DNA from: Torpedo marmorata
Lineage: Eukaryota
Direction of reading: 5' to 3'
Length of the DNA: 64,000 nucleotides
Assembly (NCBI GenBank): GCA_977017645.1
Contig: OZ360227.1
Coordinates: forward strand, 122,636,001 to 122,700,000
In this document: one piece after another, positions 36,635-49,902 of the stretch
Layout: each line of letters opens with the position of its first letter
Position numbering within the stretch: position 1 is the stretch's first letter
Translations under genes and position numbers: made by a program
The notes under the pieces: generated by a model
Databases searched by the model: none
Seen by the model: only the letters and a program-made list of their open reading frames with translations
What the model was told of the DNA's origin: nothing

Positions 36635-38544
36635 CTCCTCTAGTTGTCCCTCAAATTCAGCAACAATTTCTTCTTCCTTCCTTTACCTTCTGAGTCCGTT
36701 GAGGATGATGATCCATCTTCTCCCACGATGTATTGAATTGAACGAGGTGATTTTCTTTGGCTGTCAACCTCATTTGACAACTCCCGTTGCGTTTCAGTCG
36801 TGCGCAGTAGATCGCTGTCTTTCTGTAGTCCAGTCTTCCTTCGAGCACCAGCGCCATCTTCCCCAGCTCCCCGGGAGGACGGCGCTGGCGTCACAACAGG
36901 CTTACCCGTTCGAGTCTGCATCCTTCGAGAAGGGAGAGGAACTTCATCCCGAGGCTCCATCGCTGAGGTAGGCCTTGAATTGAACTTTCTTTTAACACTA
37001 CTTTCTTTGTCTTTTGATCCTTGCCTTTTCTTGTAGTCATTCTTTAATCCTTAACAAAGACTCTTAACTATTTTTTAATAATCAGATGAAGTTTTAATTA
37101 CAGTTTTTGATTAATTCTGTGTGAGGAGTGTATTTCACGACTCCAACCTACGCCGTCACGCCACGCCCCCCCCCACTGCTGAGCGAGTTTACGACTGTCG
37201 GACTGTGCCCCCCCCCCCCCCGGTTACCCTAATGCCCCCCTCTAACACTTGTTCTGGTGCCGACCCTGCAGTTGACGTTTCAGGCTTGAGCCCTTCTTCA
37301 CTAAAACATACCCTTGTTAGTTGGAGTCTTCAACCATGCAACATATGAGCACAGCCCTTATCTAAGGGCCTTCGGCATGAGTAAACGTAGGAGGATCACA
37401 AGGGAAAGACAAAGAGTAAAGAGTAGAAGGAAAAGGAGGGAAGATGAAGGAGAGTTGGACCACCATTATCAATACCCACCAGAGAGAAATAGAATCACCT
37501 GTGCAGGAGTGTAGCCCTATTCAGACAAGCTGTTTTGAAGCATTTATCCAATGGATTAGATTCTTATGACAGAGTGTGCCATTGTTTTCTGCCCAGTCAC
37601 AGATATACAAAATGACAACAGCCTTCATTGTTATTTGAAAGATGCTTGAGCATCTTTGTTCAAGCCTTAAAAATATTCTTGAAAAAAAGACCAGTTCATT
37701 GCTGAAACACAGAATTTATCTTACCCACTATTCAGTCTCTGCTAATGGACTTGGACCTCAGCGTTACAGAAATAAACCCAAACTTTCCAAGAATGTACTT
37801 ATTCATTATTTAAATCCATATGATGTCAATTGATCCTAGACACCTTTTGGATGGCTACTGAAGAGATCAGTCTGCAATCACATTAGCTCGGCCATACTGC
37901 ACCTGTTGTTTATTTAATCAATCTCCAGTATTAATTTCTGCCATGAGTCAGGCTTGCAACTGTCAATCAGATATGATACTTAGAGCCTTGAAGTCAATCA
38001 ACTTATCAGAAATGTTATGAGAGTCAATGTCACGAAAAAATAGCAAATTATGGGATGCCCTCCGGTAGCATTCAGTTCTCTGTAACATTAATTACCATGC
38101 TGAAGGATAATGGAAATGTTGATATTTTCAGTTGTAAAATAAAAACCTCAATAACATTTTGGCCTTTCTTTTCAGCATTTTGATTTGAATGCTTTCACTT
38201 TAAAGGTAGCCACAAAGGATGCAATGTTTTAGGACAGCATAAAGAAATGAGATCTTTGTGTTCATTGAAGGCAATCTCTCAATGGGTCCATTAGTGTGAA
38301 GGCACAATTAACATTGCAATCTCCAGAGTGCTTAAAGTCAAACAACCATGGTAATTCATGAATCACGGGTTCTGACGTTTTAATCTCTATTACTACACTG
38401 CACTGATGATGACATTCTGAAAATAGGACATGACATGTATACTTTCTCTTTAGGAATAGTATACCATTCAAACTTCAAATGATTTGCTTCTTTCAATAAT
38501 GTAGTATGCATCTGCTTCAACATTCCTAATTAACATTTCTTTAC

Positions 38545-39210
38545 TGGACCCAACATACTAATGTCATTGTGAAAAAAAGCACATCAGCACCTCTATTTCC
38601 TCAGGAGTTTGAGGAGGTTCAGTATGACATCAGAAACCTTGGCAAACATTTACAGATGTGTAGCGGAAAGTGGACTGACCGACTACATCAAGGGCTAGTA
38701 TGGGGGTGCCAATTACTCTGAGCGGAAAGCCCTGCAAAACGCTTTCCTTTTGCCAGCACATCAGAGGCAAAACTCTGCATGGAACGCTGCCATCGGAGAG
38801 CAGCAGCAATCATCAAGGATCCGAACCACCCAGGATATTCTCTGTTCTCGCTGCTGCCATCAAGAAAGAGGTGAAGGTGCCACAAGACTCGTACCACCAG
38901 GTTCAGGAACAGTTGCTACCCCTCCACCATCAGACTCCTAAACAACAGACTCAATCAGAGATTCATTTAAAGGCTCTTACTTTGCACATTATTTATTACT
39001 GAACATTTTTTCTGTATTGCACAGTTTGTTTACATTTCTTTTTTTGTTTACATTTCACTCTTTTGTTGAGTATCTATTTTTCTTGAGTACAGTTTACACT
39101 ATCAATAAGTAGAAATTCTGTCTGGCCCGCAGGAAAAAGAATCTCAGAGTTTTATGTGATGTCATGTATGCACTATGACAATAAATTTGAAATTTGATTT
39201 GAATTTGAAC
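38545..39210 (+). mobile_element. Rex1/Babar LINE 3' fragment, (TTTGAA)n tail
   Basis: Homologous to 22635-23330. Confidence 0.8.
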
Positions 39211-39577
39211 TATCCACAGCAAGAGACCAAACATCGAGGAGGCATGGATCCATTCATAAAAGCTAACATATCCAATGAGTAAAGTTAATCTTTCTTCCCT
39301 TTGTGCAAAAGGAGACAATCATGTCTTCTGTCATCATAGGTCACTGTGCAAACAGCGGTCATAGTGTTGCCTTCACATAGATACTTACCTATGATGAAAG
39401 CAAAAGATTTAGGCTGAGTTTAAATGAATTGCCATCTCTTTCAATGTTATTGAGGTCATTATCTAGTGCTTGACTTTGCAGTGAAGCCAAACTAAATAAT
39501 GCATTCACCTATCTCTGTTAAGTTTTTTCCATTGAATAATCTGCTTTTTTTTTCTTTTTGCAGTGAATGTTAATCTT

Positions 39578-40803
39578 TTTTTTAAAATATTTTATTTTAA
39601 GATTTTCAACTTTTTCACAATAATACAAAATAATGTAAAATATACATTAAACATCAGTTAAATTCGATACATAGGAATTTCGTATTACCATGAATCTAAC
39701 CCCATCTAAACCACCCTTACTAAAACAACCCACCCTCCACCCTTCCCATCCCTTATCCCATCCCCATACTAGAACTAAAAAAGAAAAGAGAAGGGAAAAG
39801 AACAATTGAAAATATATCTGTACATATCCATGGCTCGATGCAAGAAATTCAACAATGTTCATTCTTCAAATTTAAACTTAAGAGAGTCAGCGGGGTCTGG
39901 GATGCAGGGCAACATATTTAAATATTCATTCCTGATAATTGGATAAATGGACGCCAAATTTGTAAAAAGAGTCCATACTTATTCCTCATATTGTATGTTA
40001 TTTTTTCCAATGGGATGCAACTCTGCATCTCTGAATTCCATCTACTCATACTCAGATTTGTGTCCGATTTCCAGGTCACTGCTATACATTTCCTAGCTAC
40101 TGCTAGTGCAATTTTTACGAATTTTAATTGCCATATGGATAATTTCAATTTTGGTCTAGCTCCCTCTACATTCCCCAATAAGAACAAGTCAGGGTTTTGA
40201 GGAAATGTAACACCTGTAACTAGTTTTAACCGGTTTCCTAACTCTGCCCAAAAATCTTTAACTTTTGAACATGACCACGTTGAATGTAAGAATGTTCCTT
40301 CTTCTTCTCCACATCTAAAACATCTATTTGGTATTGTAGAATTCATCTTGTTCAGTTTTTGTGGTGTGAGATATATTTGGTGTAAGAAGTTGTATTGTAC
40401 CAGTCTATATCTTACATTAACAGTATTAGTCATACTATCTAAGCATAGATCCGACCATCTTTTTCCATCAATTATAATATTAAGATCTTGTTCCCATCTT
40501 TGTCTGGACTTATGAAGTCCTCGTTTTTGAGCTCCCTTCTGTAACAAAGAATATACTATAGAAGTAAATTTCTTAGTGTTTCCTTTCCTAATAATAGTTT
40601 CTACTTCGCTACACTCTTGTAACAACATGTCTGGACCTAATTTTCCTCTTAAATAAGCTGTTAGTTGAAGATAGCAAAAAAATGTATTTCTAGGTATTCC
40701 GTATTTATTCTGTAATTGTATGAATGACATCATTTGATTTCCTTCATAACAATCTTCTATTTTCTTTATTCCTTTTAATGACCATGTATTTAAAAAAGGG
40801 TTA
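39578..40803 (-). mobile_element. L1 3' fragment, 16-bp TSD
   Basis: ORF 39918-40733 (NVRYRLVQYNF, CFRC..H...C); TSD AGTGAATGTTAATCTT at 39562-39577 and 40804-40819. Confidence 0.92.
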
Positions 40804-41014
40804 AGTGAATGTTAATCTTGAATAAAAGTGATTTAATTCCACCTCAAAAACAAATGAAAACTAATACCTTCTTTCAGTAAAAGACTACTCACCAGATAAA
40901 GTAAATCAAATTTTTAAATAAAGCATCGTATGGTTTGAAGCCTAAAACTTTCTCATCTTTCATATATGCTTAACAATTGATCACTCCATTCTGATGATTC
41001 TCCTGTAGCTATTT

Positions 41015-44000
41015 CTGGAACATACAATAGTACACCACAGGAATAGTCCCTTTGGCCCATGATATCTGTGCAGAATATAATGCTAAATTAAACTAAATAT
41101 CATCTGCCTGGATATGATCCACATCCCTCCACTCCCTGTGTATTCATATTTCTATCTCTGCCTCAAATGCAACTATCATGTTGCATCCACCACTACCCTG
41201 GTAACCCATTCCAGACACTTAGCAGTCTCTGTGCAAAAAAAAAACTTTCTCCCTCTCACCTAAAATGCATGTTTTCTATTATTTGACATTTTTACCCTGG
41301 GAAAAAAGATTCTGACTGTCTACCCTATCTATCTATGCCTCTCATAATTTTTTTATTGAATTTTTTTTTTCATTTTTCACAAAAAGATTAACAATATAGA
41401 CATAATCGTACAATTTCCAATTGTATACAACATTATTTAAACATTTCCCTTCCCTCCCCCACAACTAAAAAGGAAAAACAAAACCTAAAAAACAGAAATT
41501 GCAAATAAAAGAAAAGAAAACTAAATGTACCGTCAGTGCTTACATTGCCTTTCCCACCTTTTTGGAGACGTCACACCATTAATTTTTTATACATTACATT
41601 TTGCTGTACCTTGGAGTTTGAGTTATAACTGGGCCCCAATGTACTCCAGGTATGGTTGCCACACCTTAACAAATGTATCGTATTTATTCCTGATACTATA
41701 CGTGATTTTCTCCATGGGAACACAGCTGTGCATTTCTGTTGACATCGAGTGATAAGAAGGGGGGAGTCGGACTTCCAAGTTATTGCTATGCCTCTCATAA
41801 TTTTATAACGTTCTATCAGGTATCCCCTCAGCCTCTGACGCTCCAGGGCAAACAATCCCAGTTTGTCCAGCCTCTTCTTATATCCACTAATCCATGCAGC
41901 ATCCCAGTTAATCTCTCTCCAAAGCCTCCACAACCTTCCTGTCATGGTATGAACAGAATTGCACACAGTACTTCAAGAGCGGCCTAACTAAAGCTTTATG
42001 CAGCTGCATCCTGACTTCCTTTCTCTTATACTCAGTGCCCAATGAAAGCATGCCTTCTTTACCACCCTATATCTACTTGTGTGGTCACTTTCAAGGAGCA
42101 ATGGACTTGGACCCCCTGATCCCTCTGTATTTCAATGCTATTTCGATTCTTGCCATTAAATGTGTACTTTCCCCTTGTGTCTGACCTCCCAAAACACAAC
42201 ACCTCACATTTGCTTGGATTAAGCTCTATCTGCCACTTTTCTGCCCATATCTTTAACTGATTTATATCCTTTGATAGCCCTCTACACTGTCCACAACTCC
42301 ACAATTTTTGTGTCATCTGCAAACTGATTAACCCACCAATCTACCTTTTCATCCAGGTCATTTATATCTATCACAAACAATAGGAGTCCCAGCACTGTTC
42401 CCTACGGTACACCACTCGTCACAGAACTCCAGCTAGAATAGCATCCTTCCACCATCCTCAATCTTCTGAAGTCAATTCTGAATCCAAACGATCAACTTAC
42501 AGTGGATGCCATGCAGCTTTACCTTGATGGAGCTTGTCAAATGCTCAACATTGCCCATCTGGTCAACATTCATTACCCACCCTCATCAACCACCTTTGTC
42601 ACCTCCTCAAAAAACTTAACTGAGTTTATAAAACACGATCTGCCCCATGCAGACTATTCCTAATCTTGCCAAGCCTTTCCAAATGTGCATAAATCCTCTC
42701 CATTAGCTTCCCTAGCACTGAAGTGCAGTTCAACAGCCTAACATTTCCTGGGTCATCCCTATTTCCATTCTTGAATAAAGGAACAATACGACTATTTTCC
42801 AATCCTCCAGTTGCAAGTGAGATTACAAAGGCCCCTACAATCTCATAGGATATATCCCATCAGGCCCTGGAGTCTTATCCATCCTAAACGTCCTAGCATC
42901 TCCTCTTTCTTGATCTCAAAATGTCCTAACACATTAGCATTTCCCACATTGCTCTCACTATCCTCCATGTTCTTCTCTTTGATGTCTACCAATGCAAAGT
43001 ATTCATTTAGTATCTTGCTCATTTCCTCTGATTCCAAGTATAAATTCCCTCCTTTGTCCTTGAGTGGTCCTAACCTTTCCCCAGTCATCTTGTTTCAATG
43101 CAAATATAAAATGCCTTGGGATTCTCTTTGATCCTTCATGTCAAGGACATTTCATAGCCCATTTTGGCCTTCCCAATGCTTTGTTTGAGCTCTTTCCTGC
43201 CACCTTTATATTCCTCACATGTTTGCTTTTAGCTTCCTAAACCTTATGCATGCTTCCCTTTTCACTAGGTTCACCACTTTTCTTCTAATCCAAGGTTCTC
43301 TTACTTTGTCATCTCTGTCCTTCCTCCATATTGGAACATGCTGGGCCTGGACGCTGATCAGCTGATCCTTGAACAACTCACACACGTTATATGTGGACTT
43401 ATCTGACAACATCTGCTCCCAATTAAGTCCCCTTGCTCTTGTCTACTAATATTTTAATTTGCCCTGCCCCAAATTAATGCTTTCCTATTCGGTCCATTCT
43501 AATTTTTGTTCAGAACTATCTTAAAACTTAAGGAGTTGTGATTACTCTTTCCAAAATCCTCTTCTGGTGAAATTCCTAGCAGTTAGCCAAGATCATATCC
43601 CAATACAAGGTCTAATATGGCCCCTTCCCTGGTTGGACTATCTACATATTGTTTCAAGAAACCCTCCTGGATGCACTTAACAAATTCTGACCATCTGAAC
43701 CTCTGGCACTAAGGAAGTGCCTCTCAATAATGGGGAAGTTAAAGTCACCAATTACAACAATCCTGTTGCTTTTATATCTTCCCATGATCTGTCAACATAT
43801 CTGTTCCTCTATCTCTCGATGGCTGTTGGGAAGCCAATAGTGTAACCCCATCACTGTGATTGCACCTTTCATATTTTTGATCTGCGACCTTATTGTCTCC
43901 ATGTGTGATCCCTCCAGTACATAATCTCTGAGTACAGTTGTGACACGCTCCCTGATTAGTTATCCAACCCTTCCACTTCTTTTACCTCCCTCTCTATCAT

Positions 44001-44190
44001 GTCTAAAATATCGAAACCCAGGAATGTAAAGTTGTCAGTCCTGTCCCTCTCATAGTTAAGTCTTCGTAATGGCCACAACTTCATAATTCCATGTTTTGAT
44101 CCAGGCTCTAGACTTCCTTACTTACCCACAATACTCCTTGCATTGAAAGGGCAGTCCCCTTTCCAGAATAGGCGAAGTAGACATTCATGC
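41015..44190 (-). mobile_element. Degraded CR1 spanning most of ORF2
   Basis: CR1 3' end near 41015-41060; GERLGPLKDKGGNL, ILNEYF, NARSIVGK motifs. Confidence 0.8.
41352..41785 (-). mobile_element. Short L1 3' fragment inside CR1, 19-bp TSD
   Basis: AITWKSDSP-coding; TSD CTATGCCTCTCATAATTTT at 41333-41351 and 41786-41804; same family as 54792-56550. Confidence 0.88.
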
Positions 44191-44297
44191 TGGACATCCA
44201 CAGCAAGCTCCTGCCTGGAAGGGCTGACTTTGGCAGAAGTCACAGCAGCCTGGGAATGCTGGCCATGGAACATTGAAGAGGCTACTGCCTGAGAGAG

Positions 44298-44976
44298 TGA
44301 AACACGAAAGTCTACAGACGCTGCGGTTATGGTGAAAACACAGAAATGCTGGAGGAACACAGGTCTTGCAGAATCCAAAGGAGGCAAAGATATTCAACCA
44401 ACATTTCAGGTCCCTGAGGTCTTCTTCAAGGTATGAGTAAATAGTAGGCTGGCACGTTAAAGACTGGGGAGAAGGAAAGAAAGGGCAAGGGGGGGAGCAC
44501 AGACTAAGAGACAAAAAGTGATAATTGGACATGGACAGGACAGGAGAAGAAAGGTGAGAATTGATAGGGGTGATAGGGGGAGGGGGTGGCTCTGTGAATG
44601 CATTTCTGTGAATCGACCTCCAGTTTCCATTAGCCCCCCCCTATCTTTATTTCTCCTTTCCTCTAGCTCTCTCTCTTTCTTTCCTTTTCCCTCTGTCTCC
44701 TTTCCTCCAAATCTGCATTCAGAGAGCAACACCATCCCCCTATCAATTCTCACTTTTCCTCTCCTATCCTATCCATGTCCAATTATCACCTTTTGTCTGT
44801 TGATCTGTGCTCTTCCCCCTGCCCTTTCTTTCCTTCTCCCCAGACTTTTAATTCAGGCACATACCTGCTTTTTACTCATACCTTGAAGAAGGGTCAGGCC
44901 CAAAACATCAGTTTTATATCCATTGGACTTAGAGTCTGCGAGACCTGCTGAGTTCCTCCAGCATTTCTGTGTTTTC
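44298..44976. mobile_element. Penelope-derived inverted-repeat insertion, 14-bp TSD
   Basis: Minus arm 44298-44610 and plus arm 44615-44976, both with hammerhead-like cores; TSD ACTGCCTGAGAGAG at 44284-44297 and 44977-44990. Confidence 0.8.
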
Positions 44977-45425
44977 ACTGCCTGAGAGAGAAATTTGTGA
45001 TTGAAATTTGAATGAGAACAGATCACTGCGCTGCTGGGATATTCAAGAGATGACGAAGATAATGGCCCCCAAGTCAGATTGCTCTAGTGTCATGACAGCT
45101 TTCACACTCCACCAACTCCCTAATGTCTCCAATGATGTGTAGTGGCAATTCTCTATTGCCACAGAACAACAATCTGTTCACAATGACTAACCTTCTGGTA
45201 GTTCATAGTAAGCAGAGCTTGAAGGACTGGTTCTGAAACTTCAAGGTTTTAAAGCTTTTGAATAGTCTCAACATGTGCCTCCTTGAAAGCAGAAACTTGG
45301 TTCATTAGTTACTGTGTCATTGAAATGTTGATAGTGGCAACATTTCAACTCCTAGAATAGGAGTGATACTTTTCTGACTTAATATGACCTCCACAAGGTT
45401 GGATAAGAGAGATTTTTATGATTAT

Positions 45426-47600
45426 CAGACCATAAGACATCGGAGCAGAAATAGGCTATTCAGCCCATTGAGTCTGCCCCACCATTTAATCATGAACTAA
45501 TCCATTTTTTCACTCGGTCCCACTCCCTGGCCTTCTCTCCATAACCTTTGATGCCCTGGCTAATCAAGAACCTATCAATCTCTGCCTTAAATACACCCAA
45601 TGACTTGGCCTCCACAATCGCCTGTGGCAACAAATTCCACAGATTTAACACCCTCTGGCTAAAACAATTCCTCCGCATCCTGTTCTGAGTGGACGGCCTT
45701 AAATCCTGAAATAGTGCCCTCTTGTCCTAGACTCTCCCACTATGGGAAACAATCTTTCTACATCTACTCTGTCCATGCCTTTCAACATTCGAAATGTTTC
45801 AATGAGATCGCCCCATCAATCTCCTAAATTCCAACGTGTACAGGCCAAGAGCTGTCAAATGCTTCTCATATGATGATAACCCTTTCATTGCCTGAATCAT
45901 TCTCCTCTGAACCCTCTCCAATGTCAGCACATCCTTTCTTAAATGAGGAGCCCAAAACTGCTCACAAAACTCCAAGTGAGGTCTCACCAGTGCCTCAATA
46001 TCACATCCCTGCCCTTATATTGTATTTCTCTTCAAATGAATGCCAGCATCGCATTTGCCTTCTTTACCACCAATTCAACCTACAAAGTTTATCTTCAGGC
46101 TACACTGCACGACAACTTCCAGGTCCCTTTGCATCTGGGTATTTTCAATTTTCTCCCCATTTAGAAAAAACCCATTTATTTTTTCTACCAAAGTGCATGA
46201 CCGTACACTTTACAACAATGTATTTCATTTGCCCATTCTCCTAATCTGTCCAAGTCCTTCTGAAGACTCCCTGTCTCCTCAACACTACCTGCTCCTCAAT
46301 CTACTTTCGTATCATCATCTGCAAACTTGGCCACAAAGCCTTTCATTCCATAATCTAAATCATTAATACAGGTACGTAATCTTTTATCCGAAATCCTGAA
46401 AACGGAAAACCTCCGAAAACCGAACATTTTTCCCAGTATATTTTCAGGTGTTTAGCTAGTTTGAGCCAGTTTATGTTTGAAGTTTTACTGTATGTTTTAT
46501 TTAAAAATAAAAAGTACGCTAGTAATTTTATGGTCTATCTTTATCTCACTTCATTTACTACCCCCCCATCCAGCGCTGCTGCAACCACCCCTGTCCAGTG
46601 CCGCCGCGAACACCCCCATCCAGCGCTGCCGCAAACACCCCCGTGCAGCGCCGCCGCGAACACCCCCGACCAGCGCCACCACGACTCCCCACCCCCCCCC
46701 CCCCCCGTCTAGTTGGAGTGTGTCTTTCTTTTGCGCGAATCTGAAACAGCGCAATCACTTAAAATTACCGCCGTTTTATTATTATTCCATTATCCGAAAA
46801 ATTCCGGTCCAAAAAGTGTCTGGTCCCAAGGATTTCGGATAAAAGATTAGGCACCTGTATACAAAATAAAAAAGCGGCCTCAACACCGAGCCATGTGGAA
46901 CACCACCAGCAACTGACAGCCAACCAGAATAATCCCTGTATTCCGACTTTCTGCTTCTTGTCAATCAGCCAACATAGTATGTTTCCTATTATACCGTGGG
47001 CTCTTATCTTGTTAAGTAGCCTCATGTGCGGCACCTTGTCAAAGGCCTTCTGAAAATCCAAATACACAACATCCACTGCATCTCTGTTATCTAGCCTGCT
47101 TGTCACTTCTTCAAAGAATTCCAATAGGTTTGTCAAATGAGATTTTCCATTAAGGAAACCAAGCTGGTTTTGGTCTATCTTGTCATGTGCCTCCAAGTAC
47201 TCCATAACCTCATCCTTGACAATCGATTCCAACATCTTCCCAACCACTGACGTTACGCTAACTGGTCCATAATTTCCTTTCTGCTGCCTCCCTCCCTTCT
47301 TGAATAGTGGGGTGATAGTTGCGATTTTCCAGTCCTGTGGGACTATACCAGAATCTATTGATTCCTGAAAGATCATTACCAATGCCTCCACAATCTCTAC
47401 CGCTACTTCTTTCAGAACCTGAGGGTGCAAATCATCTGGTTCGGGAGACTTATCCACCCTGAGACCATTCAGCATTCTGAGCACCTTCTCCCTTGAAATA
47501 GTTACTGCACTCACTTCCCTTCCCTGATGCCCTTCAACATGTGGCACACAGCTAATGTCTTCCACAGTGAAGACTGATGCAAAATACTCATTTAGTTCCT
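45426..47600 (-). mobile_element. CR1 ORF2 3' half with intact 3' end
   Basis: ORF 46765-47565 (VPQDWKIA, LTNLLEFFEEVT, YLDFQKAFDKVPH); RPHLEFCEQFWAP; RRNCFSQRV. Confidence 0.88.
46369..46857. mobile_element. Tigger-like MITE with an internal GC-rich ~25-bp tandem repeat
   Basis: TIRs CAGGTACGTAATCTTTTATCCGAAATCC / GGATTTCGGATAAAAGATTAGGCACCTG; TA TSD on both sides. Confidence 0.88.
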
Positions 47601-47601
47601 C

Positions 47602-48986
47602 GACAGGGACTGCGAGAGCGGGTCTGTGAACGAGAGGAGGAGCGTTTAAAAAGCTTCGGGAAGTGTAGGTGCTTGTTTAAATCTCTCCATTGGCTAATTA
47701 GCTATAGCCAATAAAAGGAAGAGAAGCTCAAGTGGAGCAGCTATTGTGTGAGTGACCCAGTGTAGGAGTGGGACGTTGAGGCTTTGGTTTGAGAGGTTTC
47801 AGTGAGCAGAGGCTGAGATAGTGGTGCAGGAGTTGAGTTGAGGTATGGTAAGGAAAACCATGATGAGGAACAACAGGATTCTGCAAGGAGGCATGGGTAA
47901 GGACAGGTTTATCTAACTTTTTTTCGATTTTCATAGACAGTGGGAATGGCAGCCAAGGCAGGGTTATGCTTCTCATTCAGAATGTGAATAGTCAGGGAAA
48001 CCAACAGTATCCCTGATGACTTCATCTGTGAGAAGTGCATCCAACTGCAGTTCCTTACAAACCGTGATGGGGAATTGGAGCTGGAGTTGGATGAACTCCG
48101 CATCATTTGGGAGGCTGAGGGGGTGATAGACGGGAATTACAGGGACATAATCACACCTAGGAGGTAGGAGGAAGGTAGCTGGGTGACAGTCAGGAGAGGG
48201 AAAGGGAACAGGTAAAGCAGTGCAGGGTACCCCTGTGGCCATTATCCTCAGCAACAAATATACCCCTTTGGATACTATTGAAGGGGATGACCTACCTGGG
48301 CAAAGCAGCAGCCAGACCATGAGGACCAGATCATGAGGCTCTGAATGAAGGGTGGTCAGGTGGAGCAATAGTCATAGGGACTTGATAGTCAGGGGAAAGG
48401 ATAGGAGATTCTGCGGCCACAAAAGAGACTCCGGGATAGTGTGTTGCCTCCCAGGTGCTCGGGTCCAGGATGTCTCTGCGCAGGTGCAGAATATTCTTAA
48501 ATGGGAGGGTGAGCAGCCAGAGGTCATGATACATATTGGTACCAATGGCATATGCAGGAGTGGGTTAGAGGTCCTGCAAAGTATTTAGGAGTTAATAAAG
48601 AGGCTGAAGAGCAGGACCTCCAAGGTGGTAATCTCAGGATTACTTCTGGTGCCACGAGCTAGGGAAGGTCTGAACAGGAAGATAGTACAGACAAATGAAT
48701 GGTTGAAGAGATGGGCAGGGTTTCAAGTTCTTGGCTCATTGGAACCTTTTCTGGGGAAAGGGTGACCTGTACAAGTGTGATGGTTTGCACCTGAAATGGA
48801 GGGGAACCAATATCCTGGCAGGGAGATTTGCTAATGCTGTTTTGGTCGGGCGGGGGTGGGGTGGGGAGGGGAGAGAGGGAGGGGTTAAACTAGATTCGCA
48901 GGGGCAGGGAACCAAAGTGAAGAGGCAGAGGAAAGGTCGATTGTTGCACAAGTAGAGACAACTGCTAGCGAGTTTGTGTAGAAGTA
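47602..48986 (+). mobile_element. CR1 5' region with degraded ORF1 (zinc finger + SGNH esterase)
   Basis: ICEKC, CCLPGARVQDV, IHIGTN, DGLHL motifs of the CR1 ORF1 esterase. Confidence 0.8.
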
Positions 48987-49902
48987 CAAGGATGCGTGCT
49001 TAGTCCACTGCTCTACTCGTTATACACTCATGACTGTGTGGCCAGGCACAATTCCAATGCCATATACAAGTTTGCCGATGACACCACAGTTGTCGGCAGA
49101 ATCACAAACGGCAATGAGGAAGCGTACAGGAGGGAGATAGATCAGCTCGTTGAATGGTGTAATGGCAACAACCTTGAGCTCAACGTCAGCAAAACCAAGG
49201 AGATGATTGTGGACTTCAGGAGGAAGTCAGGGGAACACGACCCAGTCCTCATCGAGGGCTCAGTCGTGGAGAGGGTCAAGAACTTCAAATTCCTGGGTGT
49301 CAACATCTCCGAGGATCTGTCCTGGAGCATCCATGTGGATGCAATCACAAAGAAGGCTCGTCAGAGGCTATACTTTGTGAGGTGTTTGCGGAGATTCGGT
49401 ATGTCACCAAAGACTCTCGTAAACTTCTACAGGTGTACCGTGGAGAGCATTCTGGCTGGTTGCATCACTGCCTGGTATGGAGGCGCCAACTCCCACGACA
49501 AGAGTAAACTCCAGAAGGTTGTTAACTCGGCCTGTGACATCACAGGCACCAAACTTCACTCCATCGAGGACATCTACATGAGGCGGTGTCTTAAAAAAGC
49601 AGCCTCTATACTCAAGGACCCCCACCACCCAGGCCATGCCCTCTTCACTCTGCTTCCATCGGGAAAAAGGTACAGGAGCCTAAAGATGAGCACTCAATGG
49701 CACAAGACAGCTTCTTCCCCGCTGCCATCAGATTCCTGAATAATCAATGAACCAAAGACACTGCCTTACTTTTCGTGCACTATTGTTTATAATTTTTTAT
49801 AGTAATGTCGTTAGATGGTTAATATGAATGTTAATTGCACTATGATGCTGCCGCAAAACACCGAATTTCATGACTTGTTCATGACAATAAATTCTGATTC
49901 TG
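48987..49902 (+). mobile_element. Rex1/Babar LINE 3' part, (TTCTGA)n family
   Basis: ORF 48996-49739 nearly identical to 3688-4443. Confidence 0.92.

Larger units (their letters stand above)
31239..37170 (-). mobile_element. Near full-length L1 LINE
   Basis: 5' GGGGGCGTGGCGTGACGG start, ORF1, ORF2, G-rich 3' UTR, AATAAA and poly(A); imperfect TSD ending CTGCT. Confidence 0.95.
30921..37268. mobile_element. hAT-like MITE split by an L1; inserted in a Penelope/hammerhead repeat
   Basis: TIRs CAGGGTCAGCGCCA / TGGTGCCGACCCTG; perfect 8-bp TSD CAGTTGAC (30913-30920, 37269-37276); internal CACTAGCG repeats. Confidence 0.88.

Noticed and set aside
46560-46705. GC-rich repeats (also CACTAGCG repeats at 31015-31140) as a CRISPR-like array
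   Set aside because: No unique spacers; internal repeats of MITEs in a eukaryotic context
48352-48955. SGNH/GDSL esterase motifs as a host enzyme
   Set aside because: Known CR1 ORF1 esterase domain, disrupted by stops
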